5,312 bases of DNA, from IMG/VR virus record IMGVR_UViG_2547132415_000018; one strand, written 5' to 3'. The translations under genes were made by a program, and so were the position numbers. Shown piece after piece: positions 1 through 5,312 of the stretch. How positions within the stretch are numbered: the first letter of the stretch is position 1; every line of letters starts with the position of its first letter. The notes below the pieces were generated by a model. It ran no database searches, was not told where the DNA came from, and worked only from the letters and a program-made list of their open reading frames with translations. The DNA comes from a virus. Its lineage: Duplodnaviria; Heunggongvirae; Uroviricota; Caudoviricetes.

Positions 1-95
1 AAATCCCAGACTAAATCATCACATAACCATGACATTTTTCTGATATTCCCCGGTAACGCCAGATGTCGACTCGCTTATCTCATCCGCCCGACATG

Positions 96-124
96 TTGTA
101 CATGCAATATGTGCGGATTATTAT
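96..124 (+). promoter_or_regulatory. Candidate sigma70 promoter upstream of vgrG (-35 TTGTAC at 96-101, 17-bp spacer, -10 TATTAT at 119-124)
   Basis: Hexamers read directly from the sequence; spacing is canonical and they sit about 20 nt upstream of a GGAGG Shine-Dalgarno (135-139) and the vgrG ATG at 145. This is a pattern match only, with no transcript evidence. Confidence 0.25.
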
Positions 125-144
125 TCATTTTCACGGAGGTTGCT

Positions 145-2286
145 ATGTCAACCGGATTACGTTTCACACTTGAAGTGGACGGCCTGCCACCGGACGCGTT
201 TGCGGTGGTTTCCTTTCATCTCACCCAGTCACTCTCTTCGCTCTTTTCCCTCGATCTCTCTCTGGTCAGCCAGCAGTTTCTCTCCCTTGAATTTGCGCAG
301 GTGCTGGACAAAATGGCCTACCTGACGGTATGGCAGGGCGATGAAGTACAGCGCCGGGTGAAAGGCGTGGTGACCTGGTTTGAACTCGGGGAGAACGACA
401 AAAACCAGATGCTGTACAGCATGAAGGTGCACCCGCCGCTGTGGCGTGCCGGTCTGCGCCAGAACTTCCGTATCTTCCAGAACGAGGACATCAAAAGCAT
501 CCTCGGCACGATGTTGCAGGAAAACGGGGTGACCGAATGGAGTCCGCTGTTCAGCGAGCCGCATCCTTCCCGTGAGTTTTGTGTCCAGTACGGTGAGACT
601 GATTACGATTTCCTGTGCCGGATGGCGGCGGAGGAAGGCATCTTCTTTTATGAGGAGCATGCTTACAAAAGTACCGACCAGAGCCTGGTGCTGTGCGACA
701 CAGTCCGCCATCTGCCCGAATCTTTTGAAATCCCATGGAACCCGAACACCCGTACCGAGGTGAGCACCCTCTGCATCAGCCAGTTCCGCTACAGCGCACA
801 AATCCGCCCTTCTTCCGTGGTGACCAAAGACTACACCTTTAAACGCCCCGGCTGGGCCGGACGTTTTGAACAGGAAGGCCAGCACCAGGACTACCAGCGC
901 ACGCAGTATGAAGTGTATGACTACCCCGGACGTTTCAAGGGTGCCCACGGGCAGAACTTTGCCCGCTGGCAGATGGACGGCTGGCGAAACAATGCAGAAA
1001 CCGCGCGGGGAATGAGCCGCTCGCCGGAGATATGGCCGGGACGGCGAATTGTGCTGACGGGGCATCCGCAGGCGAACCTGAACCGGGAATGGCAGGTGGT
1101 GGCAAGTGAACTGCACGGCGAGCAGCCGCAGGCGGTGCCGGGACGCAGGGGTTCAGGAACCACGCTGGATAACCATTTTGCGGTAATACCGGCAGACAGA
1201 ACATGGCGACCACAGCCGTTGCTGAAACCGCTGGTGGACGGCCCGCAGAGCGCCGTCGTGACGGGACCGGCAGGCGAGGAAATCTTCTGTGATGAACATG
1301 GCCGCGTGCGGGTGAAATTTAACTGGGACCGTTATAACCCGTCAAACCAGGACAGTTCATGCTGGATCCGTGTGGCACAGGCGTGGGCAGGCACCGGCTT
1401 TGGTAACCTGGCGATACCGCGTGTGGGTCAGGAGGTGATTGTGGACTTCCTCAACGGCGACCCGGACCAGCCGATCATTATGGGGCGTACCTACCACCAG
1501 GAAAACCGCACCCCCGGCAGCCTGCCGGGGACGAAGACGCAGATGACGATCCGCTCGAAAACCTATAAGGGCAGCGGGTTTAATGAACTGAAGTTTGACG
1601 ATGCGACAGGGAAAGAACAGGTCTACATCCACGCGCAGAAGAACATGAACACCGAGGTGCTGAATAACCGCACCACTGATGTGATAAACAACCATGCCGA
1701 AAAAATAGGTAACAACCAGGCGATCACCGTTACCAATAACCAGATCCAGAACATTGGCGTTAATCAGATACAGACGGTTGGTGTCAACCAGGTGGAAACG
1801 GTGGGCAGTAACCAGATTATCAAAGTGGGATCAAACCAGGTTGAAAAGGTGGGGATCATTCGTGCGCTGACGGTGGGTGTGGCTTACCAGACGACGGTAG
1901 GCGGCATTATGAATACCTCGGTGGCGTTGTTGCAGTCCTCACAGGTAGGGCTGCATAAATCACTGATGGTGGGAATGGGCTACAGCGTCAATGTGGGGAA
2001 TAACGTCACCTTCTCGGTGGGCAAGACAATGAAGGAAAACACCGGACAAACAGCAGTTTATTCTGCCGGTGAGCATCTTGAACTCTGCTGTGGTAAGGCA
2101 AGGCTGGTGCTGACGAAGGACGGAAGCATATTTCTCAATGGTACGCACATTCATCTGGAAGGGGAGTCGGATGTGAACGGTGATGCGCCAGTGATTAACT
2201 GGAACTGTGGTGCCACACAACCTGTACCGGATGCGCCTGTGCCGAAAGATTTACCCCCCGGAATGCCGGATATGCGGCAATTTTGA
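145..2286 (+). CDS. vgrG: Type VI secretion system spike/tip protein VgrG (713 aa)
   Basis: ORF 109..2286 from the supplied track. I prefer the internal ATG at 145 (MSTGLRFTLEVDGL...) because GGAGG lies 5 nt upstream, whereas the 109 start adds 12 hydrophobic residues with no ribosome-binding site. The translation has the typical VgrG layout: a gp27-like N-terminal region, a central region (VKFNWDRY...GQEVIVDFLNGDPDQPIIMGRTYH), and a gp5-like beta-helix made of VxxNQ octapeptide repeats. Confidence 0.92.
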   Translation: MSTGLRFTLEVDGLPPDAFAVVSFHLTQSLSSLFSLDLSLVSQQFLSLEFAQVLDKMAYLTVWQGDEVQRRVKGVVTWFELGENDKNQMLYSMKVHPPLWRAGLRQNFRIFQNEDIKSILGTMLQENGVTEWSPLFSEPHPSREFCVQYGETDYDFLCRMAAEEGIFFYEEHAYKSTDQSLVLCDTVRHLPESFEIPWNPNTRTEVSTLCISQFRYSAQIRPSSVVTKDYTFKRPGWAGRFEQEGQHQDYQRTQYEVYDYPGRFKGAHGQNFARWQMDGWRNNAETARGMSRSPEIWPGRRIVLTGHPQANLNREWQVVASELHGEQPQAVPGRRGSGTTLDNHFAVIPADRTWRPQPLLKPLVDGPQSAVVTGPAGEEIFCDEHGRVRVKFNWDRYNPSNQDSSCWIRVAQAWAGTGFGNLAIPRVGQEVIVDFLNGDPDQPIIMGRTYHQENRTPGSLPGTKTQMTIRSKTYKGSGFNELKFDDATGKEQVYIHAQKNMNTEVLNNRTTDVINNHAEKIGNNQAITVTNNQIQNIGVNQIQTVGVNQVETVGSNQIIKVGSNQVEKVGIIRALTVGVAYQTTVGGIMNTSVALLQSSQVGLHKSLMVGMGYSVNVGNNVTFSVGKTMKENTGQTAVYSAGEHLELCCGKARLVLTKDGSIFLNGTHIHLEGESDVNGDAPVINWNCGATQPVPDAPVPKDLPPGMPDMRQF
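1708..1851 (+). repeat. Six tandem 24-bp units encoding the VgrG beta-helix octapeptide repeats (GNNQAITV, TNNQIQNI, GVNQIQTV, GVNQVETV, GSNQIIKV, GSNQVEKV)
   Basis: The 8-codon periodicity with a conserved N-Q at positions 3-4 and V/I at position 8 is visible in the translation and as a recurring AAYCAG in the DNA. This is a coding-sequence repeat inside vgrG, not an independent element. Confidence 0.7.
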
Positions 2287-2361
2287 GTCAGGTGCAAAAA
2301 ATTAAAACGGAACTGGTGCAGTGACCAGATAAACCATATTAAAAGCAGAAGGAATTGATTC

Positions 2362-2640
2362 ATGGGCGGAAAACCGGCGGCGCGGCAGGGTGATATGACC
2401 CGCAAGGGACTGGATATTGTGCAGGGTTCAGCGGGGGTGCTGATAGGTGCGCCGACGGGAGTGGCCTGTTCGGTATGTCCGGGAGGGATTACCTATGCTA
2501 ACCCGGTGAACCCGCTGCTGGGTGCGAAGGTGCTACCGGGCGAGACGGACCTTGCGCTGCCCGGCCCGCTGCCGTTTATTCTTTCCCGCGCCTACAGCAG
2601 CTACCGGACCAGAACACCCGCGCCGGTGGGGGTGTTTGGT
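2362..2640 (+). other. PAAR domain coding region at the N-terminus of the Rhs protein (approximate extent)
   Basis: A PAAR motif at residues 5-8 (KPAARQGD) followed by a Gly/Cys-rich stretch ([14 protein letters not shown]). The domain boundary is estimated by eye, not computed. Confidence 0.5.
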
Positions 2641-4542
2641 CCCGGCTGGAAAGCGCCCTTCGATATCCGCTTACAGATACGCGATGAAGGCCTGATACTC
2701 AACGACAACGGCGGCAGGAGCATTCACTTTGAGCCGCTGTTTCCCGGCGAGATAAGCTACAGCCGCAGCGAGTCACTCTGGCTGGCGCGGGGCGGGGTGG
2801 CGGAGCAGCACAGTTCGCAGCCGCTAAGCGCACTCTGGCAGGTGCTGCCGGAAGATGTTCGCCTGAGTCCGCATGTGTACCTGGCGACAAACAGCCTTAA
2901 GAGGCCGTGGTGGATACTCAGCTGGCCGGAGCGGGTGCCGGGGGCGGACGAGGTGCTGCCGCCGGAGCCGCCCGCATACCGGGTGCTGACGGGCGTGGTG
3001 GACGGCTTCGGGCGGACGCTGACTTTCCACCGGGCGGCGGAGGGTGACGTGGCGGGCGCGGTGACGGGGGTGACGGACGGCGCGGGCCGCTGTTTTCACC
3101 TGGTGCTGACCACACAGGCGCAGCGGGCGGAAGCCTTCCGTAAACAGCGCGCCACGTCTTTATCTTCCCCTGCCGGTCCCCGTTCTGCTTCCTCTTCTTC
3201 TGCTTTCCCCGACACGCTGCCCGCCGGTACAGAATACGGTGCCGATAACGGTATCCGGCTGGAGGCGGTGTGGCTGACACACGACCCGGCATACCCGGAT
3301 GAACAGCCGACTGCGCCGCTGGCGCGCTACCTCTATGACCCGCTGGGCCGCCGGACGGGAAAACGGGTATGGCGGCGGGAGCGTGACCTGACGGGGTGGA
3401 TGTCGCTGTCGCGTAAACCGGAGGAGACCTGGTACGGGTGGGACGGTGACAGGCTGACCACTGTACAGACCCAACAGACAAGAATCCAGACGGTATACCA
3501 GCCGGGAAGCTTCACGCCGCTCCTGAGAATCGAAACAGAGAATGGCGAACAGGCGAAGGCGCGGCACCGGAGCCTAGCGGAGGTGTTGCAGGAGGACACG
3601 GGGGTGACGCTTCCGGCGGAGCTGGCGGTGATGCTGGGGAGGCTGGAGCGGGAACTGCGTGCGGGAGCGGTGAGTGCGGAGAGTGAGGCATGGCTTGCGC
3701 AGTGCGGGCTGACGGTGGAGCAGATGGAAAGCCAGATGGAGGCGGAATACATCCCGGAGCGGAGGCTGCATCTTTACCACTGTGACCACCGGGGACTGCC
3801 GCAGGCGCTCATCAGCCCGGAAGGGGAAACGGCGTGGTGCGGGGAGTATGACGAGTGGGGGAACCAGCTTAATGAGGAGAACCCGCATCACCTGTACCAG
3901 CCGTACCGTTTGCCGGGGCAGCAGTATGATGAGGAGTCGGGACTGTATTACAACCGTCACCGGTACTACGATCCGTTGCAGGGGCGGTATATCACCCAGG
4001 ATCCGATAGGGTTGAAGGGGGGAATAAATCTATACACGTATCCACTGGCACCAATACGTTACACTGATCCACTGGGGTTAGAACGAGTTATAAGTGTATA
4101 TGGGCCTCCCGCTCCAGACCGGGCAGGTGCTGAAACTCCTCTTGTTCTTACTGATATGACTGGAGGAGTGACTATTTATTATGATCCTGAAACAGGTGAT
4201 TCAATGACTTTTGATAGTAGCAATAGAATTGATCGTCGTTCTCAACGTGGTGCTGGTGATCCATATACAGGTGAAGTCGTTGGTTGTGAGACAAATGAAT
4301 CAGGAATATCGGCAGCATATGGCACAACGAAGATCTATACTACAGATACTAGAGCAAGATGGCTACATGGTGGGGGATCATCGTTGCGCGATCCTTATGC
4401 TCCTCGACAAGGCTGGAAACCAACTATGGGATGTACCCGTGCACAGAATGAAGATGTAGATGAGTTGTGTAAGAAAGTGACAAGTTGGATGTATTCGCAT
4501 CCTGGAGAGAGAATTAGATATGAACGTTTTAAGACACGTTAA
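2362..4542 (+). CDS. PAAR-domain Rhs-family polymorphic toxin, 726 aa, apparently lacking most of the YD-repeat shell through an in-frame internal deletion; carries a C-terminal toxin domain
   Basis: The ATG at 2362 is preceded by GAAGGAA (2348-2354). The N-terminus ([12 protein letters not shown]...[14 protein letters not shown]...[20 protein letters not shown]) is the PAAR-containing N-terminal region typical of E. coli RhsA-like proteins. The C-terminal part (YLYDPLGRR...[14 protein letters not shown]...[45 protein letters not shown]) is the conserved end of the Rhs core. Canonical Rhs proteins are about 1400 aa, so a 726-aa protein with both ends must be missing the shell. Confidence 0.88.
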   Translation: MGGKPAARQGDMTRKGLDIVQGSAGVLIGAPTGVACSVCPGGITYANPVNPLLGAKVLPGETDLALPGPLPFILSRAYSSYRTRTPAPVGVFGPGWKAPFDIRLQIRDEGLILNDNGGRSIHFEPLFPGEISYSRSESLWLARGGVAEQHSSQPLSALWQVLPEDVRLSPHVYLATNSLKRPWWILSWPERVPGADEVLPPEPPAYRVLTGVVDGFGRTLTFHRAAEGDVAGAVTGVTDGAGRCFHLVLTTQAQRAEAFRKQRATSLSSPAGPRSASSSSAFPDTLPAGTEYGADNGIRLEAVWLTHDPAYPDEQPTAPLARYLYDPLGRRTGKRVWRRERDLTGWMSLSRKPEETWYGWDGDRLTTVQTQQTRIQTVYQPGSFTPLLRIETENGEQAKARHRSLAEVLQEDTGVTLPAELAVMLGRLERELRAGAVSAESEAWLAQCGLTVEQMESQMEAEYIPERRLHLYHCDHRGLPQALISPEGETAWCGEYDEWGNQLNEENPHHLYQPYRLPGQQYDEESGLYYNRHRYYDPLQGRYITQDPIGLKGGINLYTYPLAPIRYTDPLGLERVISVYGPPAPDRAGAETPLVLTDMTGGVTIYYDPETGDSMTFDSSNRIDRRSQRGAGDPYTGEVVGCETNESGISAAYGTTKIYTTDTRARWLHGGGSSLRDPYAPRQGWKPTMGCTRAQNEDVDELCKKVTSWMYSHPGERIRYERFKTR
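3331..4080 (+). other. Retained C-terminal part of the Rhs core (Rhs repeat-associated core region) ending in PxxxxDPxGL
   Basis: The segment begins right after the inferred deletion junction ([14 protein letters not shown]). DPIGL is encoded at 4000-4014 and the terminal [10 protein letters not shown] ends at 4080, which is where Rhs C-terminal toxin domains normally begin. Confidence 0.6.
4081..4539 (+). other. C-terminal toxin domain of the Rhs protein (residues 574-726), candidate YkuD-like L,D-transpeptidase-fold peptidoglycan-targeting toxin
   Basis: The sequence becomes AT-rich immediately after the DPLGL demarcation. Residues 667-702 read WLHGGG-x18[14 protein letters not shown], which resembles the H-G...(S/T)-x-G-C-x-R-x-x-N-x-D catalytic signature of YkuD-type L,D-transpeptidases. 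The family assignment is by eye only. Confidence 0.45.
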
Positions 4543-4738
4543 TGCGATTAACATGGGAGTGTGCATTCTAATTTTGGTTATTGGATGTGCAAATGCTAAA
4601 GTTCTTAAACGATGTATATTACCCGCTCCTGATGGTGGCGTAGAAAAACTATCAAAACCCAACTTACATGGAGTAATTAAAAAAGTTGATTTGAACACAA
4701 ATGAAGCGGAAATTAAAATAAAAGAGGGGGGGCAGTGA
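4520..4738 (+). CDS. Small predicted lipoprotein (72 aa), candidate cognate immunity protein
   Basis: The ATG at 4520 overlaps the last 23 nt of the rhs gene and is preceded by GGAGAGAG (4504-4511). The N-terminus [23 protein letters not shown] has a charged n-region, a hydrophobic core and a lipobox-like VIGC. Its position directly downstream of an Rhs toxin domain is the classic immunity-gene position. The alternative start at ATG 4553 lacks a good ribosome-binding site. Confidence 0.5.
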   Translation: MNVLRHVNAINMGVCILILVIGCANAKVLKRCILPAPDGGVEKLSKPNLHGVIKKVDLNTNEAEIKIKEGGQ

Positions 4739-4911
4739 GTTTTATTTTTAATGAGGAAACATTGTATTTTACTGTTTTTGGTGGGGATTTTATTATGGAT
4801 GATTTAAAAAAAGTAAAAAATACGGAAGCATGGGTATGGTATAAAAATTGCGATAGTAAAAATAAAAATGTGGCAGTTGAACTTCTTCAAATCTACGAAT
4901 TGCATCAATGA
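4735..4911 (+). CDS. Hypothetical small protein (58 aa from GTG 4735; 38 aa if started at ATG 4795)
   Basis: The ORF is not in the supplied track because it starts with GTG. That GTG overlaps the stop of the upstream ORF (GTGA) and is preceded by the strong purine-rich AGAGGGGGGG (4722-4732). The AT-rich composition and small size make this a weak call. Confidence 0.25.
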   Translation: MSFIFNEETLYFTVFGGDFIMDDLKKVKNTEAWVWYKNCDSKNKNVAVELLQIYELHQ

Positions 4912-4951
4912 AAAATATAGTTAAATAGAGAAGGTTATTAATAGCAGGAAA

Positions 4952-4976
4952 AGCATCACGTGATGCTGATTTTTTG
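4952..4976 (+). terminator. Candidate rho-independent terminator (palindrome AGCATCAC/GTGATGCT followed by a T6 run)
   Basis: A perfect 8+8 inverted repeat at 4952-4967 is followed by GA then TTTTTT (4970-4975), downstream of the toxin, immunity and small-ORF cluster. The very short loop is a caveat; it could instead be a protein-binding palindrome. Confidence 0.4.
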
Positions 4977-5312
4977 CACTAAATAATTCGCATTTTATGT
5001 TTAAAAATTGAGATATTCCTTATTACCTAAAGCTGTTTTTTATTGCTTATACATGATCAAATACTCCTTACATAATTAAGGAGAACAAAATGGAACTTAA
5101 AAAATTGATGGAGCATATTTCTATTATCCCCGATTACAGACAAGCCTGGAAAGTGGAACATAAATTATCGGATATTCTACTGTTGACTATTTGTGCCGTT
5201 ATTTCTGGTGCAGAAGGTTGGGAAGATATAGAGGATTTTGGGGAAACACATCTCGATTTTTTGAAGCAATATGGTGATTTTGAAAATGGCATTCCTGTTC
5301 ACGATACCATTG
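4977..5312 (+). mobile_element. Probable left part of an H-repeat (ISAs1-family) insertion element; left boundary not determined
   Basis: Inferred only from the transposase gene at 5090 onward. I could not identify the terminal inverted repeat, so the start coordinate is a placeholder somewhere between 4912 and 5089. Confidence 0.3.
5090..5312 (+). CDS. ISAs1-family transposase (H-repeat-associated protein), N-terminal 74 codons only; the gene continues past the window end
   Basis: The ATG at 5090 is preceded by AAGGAG (5078-5083). The translation [74 protein letters not shown] matches, from memory, the N-terminus of E. coli H-repeat-associated proteins (YhhI/YdcC-type). There is no stop before the window edge. 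Confidence 0.85.
   Translation, partial: MELKKLMEHISIIPDYRQAWKVEHKLSDILLLTICAVISGAEGWEDIEDFGETHLDFLKQYGDFENGIPVHDTI

Noticed and set aside
109-144. Upstream ATG at 109 giving a 725-aa VgrG with the N-terminal extension MCGLLFIFTEVA
   Set aside because: It has no ribosome-binding site, and the extension is hydrophobic and atypical. The ATG at 145 has GGAGG at ideal spacing and gives the canonical VgrG N-terminus.
229-1116. 295-aa minus-strand ORF, plus other ORFs (140..325 +, 318..509 -, 551..736 -, 572..763 +, 921..1163 -, 935..1213 -, 1357..1695 -, 1960..2220 -, 2151..2405 -) overlapping vgrG
   Set aside because: These are shadow ORFs in alternative frames of a GC-rich gene whose + strand frame encodes a recognisable VgrG. 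Their translations are Arg/Pro/Ala-rich with no recognisable features or start signals.
1708-1851. Possible CRISPR-like or non-coding tandem repeat array
   Set aside because: The 24-bp periodicity is the coding signature of the VgrG beta-helix octapeptide repeat. The units are degenerate and have no spacer-repeat architecture.
2699-3960. Minus-strand and off-frame ORFs inside the rhs gene (2699..2890, 2824..3099, 2918..3481, 3160..3567, 3333..3752, 3574..3960, all -; 3782..4009 +)
   Set aside because: All are embedded in the GC-rich Rhs coding frame and translate to low-complexity Arg/Pro/Ser-rich products typical of spurious antisense frames.
4211-4459. 82-aa + strand ORF in an alternative frame inside the toxin domain
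   Set aside because: It overlaps the Rhs reading frame entirely, sits in AT-rich sequence where chance ORFs are common, and has no ribosome-binding site.
4378-4698. 106-aa minus-strand ORF spanning the toxin 3' end and the immunity gene
   Set aside because: It is antisense to two better-supported + strand genes and lacks a convincing start context; most likely an AT-rich chance ORF.
4553-4738. Alternative start of the immunity ORF at the internal ATG 4553 ([12 protein letters not shown]...)
   Set aside because: There is no purine-rich ribosome-binding site upstream, and the resulting signal peptide would lack a charged n-region. The 4520 start has both. It is kept only as a possibility.
4751-4807. 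Tiny ORF from ATG 4751 (MRKHCILLFLVGILLWMI)
   Set aside because: It is 18 codons, in a different frame from the coupled GTG ORF, and has no ribosome-binding site.

Overview
This window reads as a segment of an enterobacterial (E. coli-like) Rhs element, a type VI secretion (T6SS) effector island, with all genes on the + strand. It holds a complete vgrG spike gene (145..2286), then a 726-aa PAAR-Rhs polymorphic toxin gene (2362..4542). That Rhs protein keeps the N-terminal PAAR region and the C-terminal core end with its PxxxxDPxGL motif, but is far too short to contain the usual YD-repeat shell, so it looks like an in-frame internal deletion. Its AT-rich C-terminal toxin domain (4081..4539) carries an H-G...G-C-x-R-x-x-N-E-D motif that resembles the YkuD-type L,D-transpeptidase active site. 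Downstream are a small predicted lipoprotein (4520..4738, likely immunity), a second tiny ORF separated from it by a G7 tract, a candidate terminator, and the 5' end of an ISAs1-family (H-repeat) transposase gene running off the window. No rRNA, tRNA or CRISPR was seen. All homology statements rest on recognising the translated sequences by eye; no searches were run.
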